64,000 nt of DNA from an uncultured Rubrivivax sp. (GCA_964470565.1 CAYYDJ010000019.1:15472-79471), one strand, 5' to 3'. Counted from the first letter of the stretch, positions 50,113 to 58,914 are shown. Program-made: numbers and translations. The notes: a model not told the origin generated them from the sequence alone.

Positions 50113-51242
50113 AGATCGCCGCGATCGACGTCTTCGTGCTCGGCTTTCCGTTCAAGTCGGTGTTCGTGCTGGCCGGCGGCGTGGCCGGCAACACCAACGT
50201 GCTGTCGCACCGCGTGCTGGTCAAGCTGACGACGAACAGCGGCGCCGTCGGCTGGGGCGAGGCCACGCCCACGCCGCGCTGGACCTACGAGACCACCGAG
50301 ACCATCGTCAGCACGCTCAAGCGCTACCTCGCGCCGGCGGTGCTGGGCATCGAGATCTGGAACTTCGATGCGCTGCACCGCGCGATGGACCGCGCGATCA
50401 GCCCCGGCGTCACGGCCGGCTCGCCGTTGGCCAAGTCGACCATCGACGTGGCGGCGCACGACGCACTGGGCCGCGCGCTGAACGTGCCGGTGGCGGCGCT
50501 GCTGGGCAGCTGCCGCCGCACAACGTTCGACCTCACCTGGATGGTGTCGGTCGTCAAGCCCGACGAGGCGCAACAGGCCGTTGCGGACGGTCTGGCCGCC
50601 GGCTACACGATGTTCGACGCCAAGATCGGCATGCACGGCGAGGCCGGCGACATCGCGCTGCTGCGCCACGCGCGCAAGGCGCTGGGCGACGAGCGCTCGC
50701 TGCAGGTGGACGCCAACCGCGGCTACCGCGTCGACACCGCGATCCGCCAGGCGCGGCGCTTTGCCGACCTCGGCATCGCGCTCTTCGAGCAGCCGCTGGA
50801 CGGCTTCAACCTCGCCGGCTACCGCCGGCTGCGTGAGGCCAGCCCGGTGCCGATCGGCATCGACGAATCGCTGCGCTCGGTGGCCGACCTGATCGAGTAC
50901 GTGCGCGCCGACGCGGTGGGCGTCGCGGTGGCGAAGGTGCAGCGCAACTCGGGCCTGTACCGATCGCGCCAGCTGTGCGAGACGGCGCTCAATGCCGGGC
51001 TGGAGCTGTCGCTGTCGGGCCTGACCGAGACCGACCTCGGCCTGGCCGCCGGGCTGCACCTGGCCGCGGCCTTCGACATCAACCCGCTGCAGCTCAACGG
51101 CCCGCAGTACATCGAGACCGATTTCCTGCGGCAACGCGTGTGGACCGGCGGCGGCCGCGTGCAACTGCCCACCGGCCCGGGGCTGGGCGTGGACGTCGAC
51201 GAGGCGCACGTGCGGCGGCACGCGCTGGAGGTGTCGCTGTGA
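50109..51242 (+). CDS. Enolase superfamily enzyme (mandelate racemase/muconate lactonizing family)
   Basis: ATGA overlap with the upstream gene. Recognisable motifs are MKIAAIDVF, KIGMHG, LQVDANRGY, FEQPL and IGIDES (metal-ligand D, E, D pattern). Confidence 0.8.
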   Translation: MKIAAIDVFVLGFPFKSVFVLAGGVAGNTNVLSHRVLVKLTTNSGAVGWGEATPTPRWTYETTETIVSTLKRYLAPAVLGIEIWNFDALHRAMDRAISPGVTAGSPLAKSTIDVAAHDALGRALNVPVAALLGSCRRTTFDLTWMVSVVKPDEAQQAVADGLAAGYTMFDAKIGMHGEAGDIALLRHARKALGDERSLQVDANRGYRVDTAIRQARRFADLGIALFEQPLDGFNLAGYRRLREASPVPIGIDESLRSVADLIEYVRADAVGVAVAKVQRNSGLYRSRQLCETALNAGLELSLSGLTETDLGLAAGLHLAAAFDINPLQLNGPQYIETDFLRQRVWTGGGRVQLPTGPGLGVDVDEAHVRRHALEVSL

Positions 51243-52012
51243 GCGGCTGGCGCCGCAGGCTGGTCGAGCAATGGCCGGCGGTCGCCGTCTTCGTCGCCTT
51301 CGTCGTGCTGTGGCAGTTGGCGGTCAGCCTGCTGCACATCCGCGAATACCTGCTGCCCGGCCCCGGCGCGGTGCTGCGCGCGCTGGGCCCGGGCACCGAC
51401 ATCCCCTGGGCCTCGCACCTGTGGGTCACCACCGTGGAGGTCGTCGGCGCCTTCGTGCTGGCGGCGCTGGCCGGCGTCGGGCTGGGGCTGGCGGTGGCGT
51501 GGTCGCCGCTGGCCTCGCGCGCGCTGATGCCGTTCCTGGTGTTCGTCAACACGCTGCCCAAGGTGGCGGTGGCGCCGCTGTTCCTGATGTGGCTGGGTTA
51601 CGGCATCTGGCCCAACATGCTGATCGGCGCGCTGATCGGCTTCTTCCCGGTGGTGGTCAACACCGCGGTCGGGCTGCAGCAGATCGACGACGACCTGCTG
51701 GACCTGGGCCGCGTGTTCAACGCGCCCAAGTGGAAGGTCTTCCTGAAGATCCGCATCCCCAATGCGCTGCCCTACATCCTCAGCGCACTCAAGGTCACGG
51801 CCTCGGCGGCCGTCATCGGCGCCATCGTCGGCGAGTTCGTCGCCTCGCAGCGCGGCCTGGGCTACGTGATCATCACCACGCAAAGCAGCATGAACACGCC
51901 GGCCGCCTTCGCGGCGCTGGTGTGGATCTCGATCCTCGGTCTGCTGCTGTTCGCAGCGGTTGCCGGGCTGTCCCGCCTGCTGGCGCCATGGGCAAGTGGT
52001 GTCGACCGTTAG
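51239..52012 (+). CDS. ABC transporter permease (NitT/TauT-type)
   Basis: GTGA overlap with the upstream gene. The protein has 6 TM segments, and the EAA-like loop is LLDLGRVFNAPKWKVFLKIRIPNALP. Confidence 0.85.
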   Translation: MSGWRRRLVEQWPAVAVFVAFVVLWQLAVSLLHIREYLLPGPGAVLRALGPGTDIPWASHLWVTTVEVVGAFVLAALAGVGLGLAVAWSPLASRALMPFLVFVNTLPKVAVAPLFLMWLGYGIWPNMLIGALIGFFPVVVNTAVGLQQIDDDLLDLGRVFNAPKWKVFLKIRIPNALPYILSALKVTASAAVIGAIVGEFVASQRGLGYVIITTQSSMNTPAAFAALVWISILGLLLFAAVAGLSRLLAPWASGVDR

Positions 52013-52046
52013 GCGGTTGTTTCTTGGAGCCGAAAGGGGCGTTGAG

Positions 52047-53060
52047 ATGAAGACACGATCGGTCCTGAAGGCCGCCTGCGGCGCGGCGCTGCTGGCGCTG
52101 GCCGGCACGGCGGCGGCGCAGGGCGCGCCGGCGGAGAAGTTCACCTTTGCGCTGAACTGGTTCCCGGTCGGCGACCACGCCGCCTACTGGGTGGCGCTGG
52201 ACAAGGGCTACTACGCGCAGCGCGGGCTCGACGTCACGCTGGAGAACAGCAAGGGCTCGGGCGACTCCATCGCCAAGGTCGACACCGGCCGCGCCGACGC
52301 CGGGCTGGCCGATGCCGTGCCGGTGGTGGCCGCCACCGCGCGCGGCGCCAAGGTCAAGATGGTGGGCATGGTCTTCGACAAGACGCCGCTCAACTTCTAC
52401 AGCCGCAAGGACAAGCCGGCCTACAAGCCCAAGGACCTTGAAGGCAAGACCATCGGCGCGCCGCCGGGCGACGGCCAGCGCCAGGCCTGGCCGGCGTTCG
52501 CCAAGATGAACGGCGTCGACCCCGCCAAGGTCACCTGGGTCAACATCGAGCCCACCGCCAAGGTGGCGGCGCTGGCCGAGAAGCGCGTCGACGTGGTGGG
52601 CGACTACACCACCGGTCTGCCCTTCATGACCAAGGCACTGGGCGACCAGGTGGTGATGATGCCCTGGGCCGATTTCGGCTTCGAGCTGTACAGCATGTCC
52701 ATCATCGCCAGCGAGAAGACCATGAAGGAGCGGCCCAAGGCCTTGCGCGCCTTCCTGGAGGCCAGCTACATGGGCTGGCGCGACGTGATGGCCGACCCCA
52801 AGGCGGCGCTGGCGATCTTCAAGAAGCGCGTGCCCGAGATCGACCTCTCGATCATCGAGCCCAACATGATGCTGGGCCTCGACCTGATGCGCACGCCGCG
52901 CTACGCGGCTCACGGCATCGGCTGGATCGACGAGGCCAAGATGTGCGCGTCGGTCGACCTCATCAACACCTACATGGGCCTGTCGCGCAAGGTGGACTGC
53001 AAGGAGGTCTACACGATGGACTTCCTGCCCAAGGTGGCGATGCCGGTGCCGGCCAAGTGA
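52047..53060 (+). CDS. ABC transporter periplasmic substrate-binding protein (NMT1/THI5-like)
   Basis: Signal peptide ALLALAGTAAAQG, followed by FTFALNWFPVGDHAAYWVALDKGYY. Confidence 0.8.
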   Translation: MKTRSVLKAACGAALLALAGTAAAQGAPAEKFTFALNWFPVGDHAAYWVALDKGYYAQRGLDVTLENSKGSGDSIAKVDTGRADAGLADAVPVVAATARGAKVKMVGMVFDKTPLNFYSRKDKPAYKPKDLEGKTIGAPPGDGQRQAWPAFAKMNGVDPAKVTWVNIEPTAKVAALAEKRVDVVGDYTTGLPFMTKALGDQVVMMPWADFGFELYSMSIIASEKTMKERPKALRAFLEASYMGWRDVMADPKAALAIFKKRVPEIDLSIIEPNMMLGLDLMRTPRYAAHGIGWIDEAKMCASVDLINTYMGLSRKVDCKEVYTMDFLPKVAMPVPAK

Positions 53061-53067
53061 CCGCCCG

Positions 53068-53853
53068 GTGATCACGGTCGACGACGTCGGCATGGTCTAC
53101 CGCGCCGCCAGCGGCCCGGTGGAGGCGCTGCGCGGCATCTCGCTCACGGTGGCGGCCGGCGAGTTCGTCGCGCTGGTCGGCCCCAGCGGCTGCGGCAAGT
53201 CGACGCTGATGCGCATCATCGCCGGGCTGCGGCCGGCCACCAGCGGCCGCGTGACGGTGGACGGCCGGCCGGTCACCGGCCCGCTGTCCAGCGTGGGCAT
53301 GGTGTTCCAGGCCGCGGTGCTGCTGAAGTGGCGCAGCGTGCTCGACAACGTGCTCCTGCCGGCCGAGCTCTCGGGCCTGGACCCGCGCCGCTACCGCGAG
53401 CGCGCGCTGGAACTGCTGGCGCTGGTGGGCCTGTCCGATTTCGCCGACAAGCGGCCTGGCGAGCTTTCGGGCGGCATGCAGCAGCGCGCCTCGATGTGCC
53501 GCGCGCTGATCCTCGACCCGCCCATCCTGCTGATGGACGAGCCCTTCGGCGCGCTGGACGCGATGACGCGCGACGAGATGAACATCGAACTGCTGCGCAT
53601 CTGGGGCGAGGCCAGTGCCACGGGCGGCGCGCGCAAGACCATCGTCTTCGTGACCCACTCGATTCCCGAGGCCGCCTTTCTCGCCGACCGCATCGTCGTG
53701 CTGTCGCCGCGGCCGGGTCGCGTGACCAGCGTGCACGCGGTGCCCATCCCGCGCCCGCGCGGCGTGCAGACCCGTGCCGACCCCGAGCTCGGCCGGCTGA
53801 CGCTGCAGATCTACGACGAGCTGAGCGGCAGCAGCAGCGCCCGCAAGCCATGA
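53068..53853 (+). CDS. ABC transporter ATP-binding protein (NitT/TauT-type)
   Basis: GTG start. Walker A is GPSGCGKST, the signature is LSGGMQQR and Walker B is ILLMDEPFGALD. Confidence 0.88.
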   Translation: MITVDDVGMVYRAASGPVEALRGISLTVAAGEFVALVGPSGCGKSTLMRIIAGLRPATSGRVTVDGRPVTGPLSSVGMVFQAAVLLKWRSVLDNVLLPAELSGLDPRRYRERALELLALVGLSDFADKRPGELSGGMQQRASMCRALILDPPILLMDEPFGALDAMTRDEMNIELLRIWGEASATGGARKTIVFVTHSIPEAAFLADRIVVLSPRPGRVTSVHAVPIPRPRGVQTRADPELGRLTLQIYDELSGSSSARKP

Positions 53854-55280
53854 TCGACTACGAAGCGCACGACGGCCTCGGCCTGGCGGCCGCATTGCGG
53901 CGCGGCGAGACCACGGCCGAAGAACTGCTGCAGGCCGCGATCGCCCGCATCGAAGCGCGCAATCCGGCGCTGAACGCGGTGGTCACGCCCCTCTTCGACG
54001 CCGCGCGCGCTGCCGTCGCGCAAGGCCTGCCCGACGGCCCGTTCCGCGGCGTGCCCTTTCTCGTCAAGGAACTGGTCGCCTCGGTGGCCGGCACGGCAAC
54101 GACCTTCGGGTCGCGCCTGTATGCGGCCAATCGGGCCGCCGCCGACAGCGAGATCGTCGCGCGCTACCGGCGCGCCGGGCTGGTGATCGTCGGCAAGACC
54201 AACTCGCCGGAGTTCGGGCTCTCGCCGACCACCGAGTCGCTGCTGTACGGCATCACCCGCAACCCTTGGCGGCCCGACCTGGCGCCCGGCGGCTCCAGCG
54301 GCGGCGCGGCCGCCGCGGTGGCCGCGGGCTTCGTGCCGGCGGCGCACGCCACCGACGGCGGCGGCTCGATCCGCATCCCCGCCTCGGCCTGCGGGCTGTT
54401 CGGCCTGAAGCCCACGCGCGCGCGCATCAGCGCCGGCCCCGAAGGCGGCGAAGGCCTGTCGGGCCTGGCCGTGCAGCACGTGGTCAGCCGCAGCGTGCGC
54501 GACAGCGCGGCGCTGCTTGACGCCACCGCCGGCCCGCTGCCGGGCGACCCTTACGCGGCGCCGCCGCCGCGGCGCCCCTGGCTGGCCGAGGTCGGCGCCG
54601 ACCCCGGCCGCTTGCGCATCGCCTTCGCGCGCCGCGCGCCCGGCGGCGTGCCGCTGCACCCGCACTGCGTGGCCGCGGTCGACGATGCCGCTGCCTTGTG
54701 TCGATCGTTGGGCCACGAGGTCGACGAAGCGTCGCCCGACTTCGACCCCGAGGCGCTGGCGCGCGCCTTCCGCCTGGTGTTTGCCGCCAACACCGACGCC
54801 AACATCCGCCGCGCCACCGGCGGCGCGCCGCCGACGCTGGAGCAGGTGGAGCCGCTGAGCGCGGCGCTGGCCGAGGAGGGCCGGCGCTTGAGCGCCGCCG
54901 ACCTGGTGGCCGCGCTGCACGCGATGCACCGCCAGGGCCGCCGCCTAGCCGCATTTTTCGAGCGTTATGATATCTGGCTGACCCCCACGCTGGCGCAGCC
55001 GCCGCTGCCCATCGGTCACTTCGACATCCGCTCGAGCGACGTCGACGCCTGGTTCGACCGCCTGCTCGCCTTCCTGCCCTTCACCTACCCCTTCAACGCC
55101 AGCGGCCAGCCGGCGGCGTCGCTGCCGCTGTACTGGACCGCCGACGGCCTGCCGATCGGCGTGCAGTTCGCGGCGCGCGATGGCGACGAGGCGCTGCTGT
55201 TCAGGCTGGCGGGGCAGCTCGAACAGGCGCGGCCGTGGTTCGGGCGGCGGCCGGAACTCGGGACTGTGGGCGACGGGTAA
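53850..55280 (+). CDS. Amidase-signature family amidase
   Basis: ATGA overlap with the upstream gene. Recognisable motifs are [17 protein letters not shown] and [33 protein letters not shown]. Confidence 0.88.
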   Translation: MIDYEAHDGLGLAAALRRGETTAEELLQAAIARIEARNPALNAVVTPLFDAARAAVAQGLPDGPFRGVPFLVKELVASVAGTATTFGSRLYAANRAAADSEIVARYRRAGLVIVGKTNSPEFGLSPTTESLLYGITRNPWRPDLAPGGSSGGAAAAVAAGFVPAAHATDGGGSIRIPASACGLFGLKPTRARISAGPEGGEGLSGLAVQHVVSRSVRDSAALLDATAGPLPGDPYAAPPPRRPWLAEVGADPGRLRIAFARRAPGGVPLHPHCVAAVDDAAALCRSLGHEVDEASPDFDPEALARAFRLVFAANTDANIRRATGGAPPTLEQVEPLSAALAEEGRRLSAADLVAALHAMHRQGRRLAAFFERYDIWLTPTLAQPPLPIGHFDIRSSDVDAWFDRLLAFLPFTYPFNASGQPAASLPLYWTADGLPIGVQFAARDGDEALLFRLAGQLEQARPWFGRRPELGTVGDG

Positions 55281-55316
55281 GATGGCGTTCCTGCAAGTCG
55301 ACCGCCGAGGCCTGCG

Positions 55317-55550
55317 ATGGACTGGATGTCCCTCATCAGCACCGATCCGCTGATCATGGACGGCGCCGTGTGCTTCCGCGGCACGCGAATTCCGGTGTCG
55401 GTGGTGCTCGACAACCTTGCGGCGGGCGAGACGACCGAGGCCATGCTCGACGAGTACCCGAGCCTCAGGCCGGAGCACATTCCGGCGGCGATCGCCTATG
55501 CCGCCGACCTGGCCAGGGAGCGCATCGTCCCCGTTCCGGCGCAGGCCTAG
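55317..55550 (+). CDS. DUF433 domain protein (antitoxin-like)
   Basis: ISTDPLIMDGAVCFRGTRIPVSVVLDNLAAGETTEAMLDEYPSLRPEHIPAAIAYA. Its TAG stop lies inside the CTAG at the left end of the MITE-like element. Confidence 0.8.
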   Translation: MDWMSLISTDPLIMDGAVCFRGTRIPVSVVLDNLAAGETTEAMLDEYPSLRPEHIPAAIAYAADLARERIVPVPAQA

Positions 55551-55818
55551 GGCCTGTTAACGCGATGGGAGGGCTCGCGCCGCCGCCTGGCTGCCCCCAG
55601 GGCTAGGCACGAGCGAGGCCGCGTGCCGATGGCACGCAACGAGCGAGCAACGACGCCCTGGGGGCAGCCAGGCGGCGGCCCTGCGGGTGATCTCAGCAAA
55701 CAGCCGCCAGCGGCGTTGCACGGCTTGCCCAGGCGCGCAGCATGGGCTGCGCCGCGCGCCTTGCTGGCGACTGTTTGCTGAGTCACGCGAGCCCTCCCAT
55801 CGCGTTAACAGGCCCTAG
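55547..55818. mobile_element. MITE-like non-coding element, 272 bp, with perfect 33-bp terminal inverted repeats and two nested long hairpins
   Basis: The left TIR is CTAGGGCCTGTTAACGCGATGGGAGGGCTCGCG at 55547-55579, and its exact reverse complement is at 55786-55818. A 24-bp perfect stem pairs 55580-55603 with 55655-55678. A 20-bp stem with 1 mismatch pairs 55692-55711 with 55763-55782. Each stem closes a 51-nt loop. No transposase ORF is present. Confidence 0.7.
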
Positions 55819-55822
55819 CGTC

Positions 55823-56050
55823 GTGCCTCACCGCTTCAAGCTCGACGAGAACCTGCCGCGCAGGGTCGATCCAGCGCTGCGCGAGTTGGGACATGACGTG
55901 GAAACCGCGCTGTCCGAGAACCTGTCCGGTGCAGCAGATCCGGCCGTGCTCGCCGGCATCCGCGTGGCGGCTACCGAGCGCCCGGTGGGCCAGCTCTGGG
56001 TCATTGACAAGCGGCGCGTCCGCATTCGCGAGCAGCGCCGCGACCCTTGA
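55823..56050 (+). CDS. DUF5615-like PIN-type toxin remnant (75 aa, probably degenerate)
   Basis: GTG 55823 is followed by PHRFKLDENLPRRV...LRELGHDVETA, which matches the N-terminus of the DUF433 partner family. The C-terminus QLWVIDKRRVRIRE matches the family end. The central ~40 aa that carries the acidic core in full-length members appears to be missing. Confidence 0.5.
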   Translation: MPHRFKLDENLPRRVDPALRELGHDVETALSENLSGAADPAVLAGIRVAATERPVGQLWVIDKRRVRIREQRRDP

Positions 56051-56077
56051 AGGGCCGCTCGCTGGGCGCCTCCGGCT

Positions 56078-56581
56078 TCATTTCGTCGCCCCCAGCTTCG
56101 CCTCGGCCAGCACTTCGTCCATCGCTGCCTTGAGCTTGGGGATGACGTGCTGCATCTGGCCTTGGGCGGCCGCCATCGCCTTCTGGGTCACCTGCGGCAT
56201 CTTGCTGACGAAGCTCTGGCCGATCGGGCTTTGGTAGAACGCGATCAGGCCGTTGATCTCGTCCTGGTTGAAGCTTTCGCGGTAGATCGAGACCTGGATC
56301 GGCTGCAGGGTCTCCCAGCTCAGCTCGGTGCGCAGCACCTGGCTCAGGCGCTGCGGCGCCAGGTCGAGCACGCGGCGCTGCTCGGCGTTCAGCGTCTTGC
56401 CGGCGACGGCCTGCTCCATCGACTGCTTCATCGCCGGCTCCAGCGTCGCGTAGATGCTGTCCAGCAGCGACTCGGCCTTCGTGACCTTGAACAGCGTGAG
56501 GATGGACTCGTCGCTGGGCGGGGCGGCAACGGCGGCCAGCGAGCAGCCGGTGAGAGCGAGAAGGGAAGCGAGCTTGCGCAT
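56078..56581 (-). CDS. DUF2059 domain lipoprotein
   Basis: Lipobox LALTGCS. Recognisable motifs are ESFNQDEINGLIAFYQSPIGQSFVSKMPQV. Confidence 0.7.
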   Translation of the reverse strand: MRKLASLLALTGCSLAAVAAPPSDESILTLFKVTKAESLLDSIYATLEPAMKQSMEQAVAGKTLNAEQRRVLDLAPQRLSQVLRTELSWETLQPIQVSIYRESFNQDEINGLIAFYQSPIGQSFVSKMPQVTQKAMAAAQGQMQHVIPKLKAAMDEVLAEAKLGATK

Positions 56582-56676
56582 GAGGGTCCTGTCGGGTGGA
56601 TGTGATCGATCTGGGGGCCGGAACCTAACGCCAGGATTGAATCACACCGCGCGCCACACCAAGCGCCGCCGCGGCT

Positions 56677-57066
56677 TCAGTCGTGCATCGCTGCGCCATG
56701 CTCCTTCAGCAGCGCGGCCAGGATGGCGCGGTGGCAGTGTGCCGGCTGCTCGCAATAGCAGCCGACCGAGAAGTTGGTGTGGCGCGACAGCGCGGCCAGC
56801 AGGTCCAGCGCGTGCGCGGCCTCGGACGCTGCCATCTCGCGGCGGTAGGCCTTGGCGAAGGCCTGCCAGTCGGCGTCGGTCGTCGCGGCCTGGGCCTGCC
56901 TGACGGTCTCGGCGCTGGGCGCCAGCGTGGGATACCAGACGTCGTACCAGTCCTGGCGCGCGAACTCGGCCTTGGGCACGCCGCGCGGCGGCCGTCGCAC
57001 AGTGCCGATGCGCGGCCCTTCGTCGGCGGCGCGCGGGCTGCCCAGTCGAACGACTCGAACGCTCAT
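56677..57066 (-). CDS. DUF488 (YeaO-like) family protein
   Basis: Recognisable motifs are RIGTVRRPPRGVPK, WYPTLAPS and SVGCYCEQPAHCHRAILAALL. Confidence 0.75.
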   Translation of the reverse strand: MSVRVVRLGSPRAADEGPRIGTVRRPPRGVPKAEFARQDWYDVWYPTLAPSAETVRQAQAATTDADWQAFAKAYRREMAASEAAHALDLLAALSRHTNFSVGCYCEQPAHCHRAILAALLKEHGAAMHD

Positions 57067-57175
57067 GACAACCCCTCGTCCGACGGGTACGTCGGCCGAT
57101 CCCCCGAGGGGATGCGGGCCGGCTTGGGAGCGGCCCGGCGCTCGGCCCGCGGAAGACCAATTGACATCGGGTGCC

Positions 57176-58456
57176 TTATGGAAAGGACTGGAACGCGAAG
57201 TAAGGCCCCGTGCCGTACGGCGTGCTGCGCTGCTCGATCGCGGTGAACACGGTCTTGCCGAAGAAGAAGGGCAGCCCGAGGTCGAGCGAGGCGCCGAAGG
57301 TGCCGCCGGCCGGCGCGGCCAGGTTGCTGAAGGCCCACAGGTTGTTGGCGCCGGCCTGGGTGAACAGGTATTGCGTGTTGGCCACCGAGAAGCTGCTGCT
57401 GGTCGACGCGCCGTTGCTGCCGCTCAGCGTGAGGCCGAAGCTCAGCGCCGACAATGCGTTGGCGCTGCCGGGGCAGTACCAGCCGGAGAGGTCGCCGAGG
57501 CCGGTGTTGCCGGGACAGGTGGGGATCGACGCGTCGTCGACGAAATAGACGCTGGAGCCGCTGTCGATGAAGCTGTTGGGCAGCGTGCGGCCGTTGTAGC
57601 TGGCCGTGAAGTAGCCGGCACGCAGCCCGCTGGCCGGCACCGTGATCGGCGTGCCGCTGAGCGTGTTGTTGGTGCTGGTGCCGATGCCCAGGATCAGGCT
57701 GCCCGTGACCGACGCGGCGCCGTTGGCGGGAATGGGCGGCAACTGCAGCAGCACGCCGTTGTTGTGCAGCGGCAGCGCGGCCACCGGGTTGCGGAGCTGC
57801 GTGGCCAGCGCCAGCGTGGTGTCGCTGCAGGCGCCGGCGGCCGTGCACGCGTAGTACATGCCCACGGCCGTGTTGACGCAGGTGCCGCCGCAGTCCTCCT
57901 GGAACACGCCGACGCCCAGCACGCCGTTGGCACCGAGCAGCGCGACGCTGTCCTCCACGGTGCCCATGTCGGAGCAGTCGCTGGGCACCGCGGCGCCGTC
58001 GCTGCCGTCCTTGATGAGCTGGATCGACAGCGTGGCCGAGGTCTGGTTGCCCAGGCGCACGTCGGCGGTGGCCAGCGGGCCCCAGGTGACGCCGTCGGCA
58101 AACGCGGCGCAAGTGTGCAGGCGGTTGCCGCTGCCGTTGGTGACGCTGGGCAGGGGCAGGCGCACCGCCGAGGCCAGCAGGCGCAGCCCGGTGGAGCCGG
58201 TGTCGATGTGTACGTTGGGGATGGTCTGGCAGTTGCCGGTGCCGGGCACGCACAGGGTCACCGAGGTGGTGACGAGGTTGACGAAGCTGCGGTTGACGTC
58301 GGCAGCCACCTGGATGGACTGCACGTTGTCGGCACCGGTGCTGCCGCCGCCGCCGCCGTTGCCGCTGCTGCCCCCACTGCCGCCGCCGCCGCAGCCCGAC
58401 AGCCAGGCGGTGGCCAGCAGCAGCAGGCCTGCCAACGTTCGACGAGCGCCGATCAT
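57176..58456 (-). CDS. DUF3443-type lipoprotein with bilobal pepsin-like aspartic protease signature
   Basis: Lipobox AWLSGCGGGG followed by a Gly-rich linker. HIDTGSTG places an Asp at position 85 and FIDSGSSV places one at position 298. NGVLGVGVF and LDLGLPFFFGKTVF sit where pepsins carry GILGLG and ILGDVF. Confidence 0.65.
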   Translation of the reverse strand: MIGARRTLAGLLLLATAWLSGCGGGGSGGSSGNGGGGGSTGADNVQSIQVAADVNRSFVNLVTTSVTLCVPGTGNCQTIPNVHIDTGSTGLRLLASAVRLPLPSVTNGSGNRLHTCAAFADGVTWGPLATADVRLGNQTSATLSIQLIKDGSDGAAVPSDCSDMGTVEDSVALLGANGVLGVGVFQEDCGGTCVNTAVGMYYACTAAGACSDTTLALATQLRNPVAALPLHNNGVLLQLPPIPANGAASVTGSLILGIGTSTNNTLSGTPITVPASGLRAGYFTASYNGRTLPNSFIDSGSSVYFVDDASIPTCPGNTGLGDLSGWYCPGSANALSALSFGLTLSGSNGASTSSSFSVANTQYLFTQAGANNLWAFSNLAAPAGGTFGASLDLGLPFFFGKTVFTAIEQRSTPYGTGPYFAFQSFP

Positions 58457-58914
58457 TGGGCGTCCTCCTGGAAGCTGAAGCCCGCCGGCGTCTTGTCCGG
58501 CAGGTAGGCCAGGCCGCGGAAGGCGCGCTGGCGGCCGCCGGACTCGATCACCAGCTGCGGCTCGCGCACCACGAGCCGGCGGTGATCGGGGTGGGGCTGG
58601 CGGCCGGCGGCGGCCAGGCGTGGGAAGTAGCTGCCCAGCAGCACCTTGAGGTTGGGCTGGAACGGGCCCTGCCAGCTGACTGCGAACACCAGGCCCGAGG
58701 CGTCGGTGTACTCGCGCACCACGGTGCCCGATGCCAGCGTCGACTCGTTCATGCGGTAGCCGGCGCGCTGCGCGGTCTTGATGCTGACCGCGCGCAAGGC
58801 CTGGCGCGTGCTGGCCACTGAAGTGAGCGGCTCGCCCAGCGTGGCGTCGGCGGGCGTGGCCGCCGCGAGCAGCGCCGCGGCGGCCAGCGCGGCCGTCATC
58901 AGGTTGCGGTTCAT
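58453..58914 (-). CDS. DUF2844-like secreted protein
   Basis: Signal peptide MNRNLMTAALAAAALLAAATPADA. The protein is 153 aa and is followed by an ATGA overlap with the DUF3443 gene. Confidence 0.6.
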   Translation of the reverse strand: MNRNLMTAALAAAALLAAATPADATLGEPLTSVASTRQALRAVSIKTAQRAGYRMNESTLASGTVVREYTDASGLVFAVSWQGPFQPNLKVLLGSYFPRLAAAGRQPHPDHRRLVVREPQLVIESGGRQRAFRGLAYLPDKTPAGFSFQEDAQ

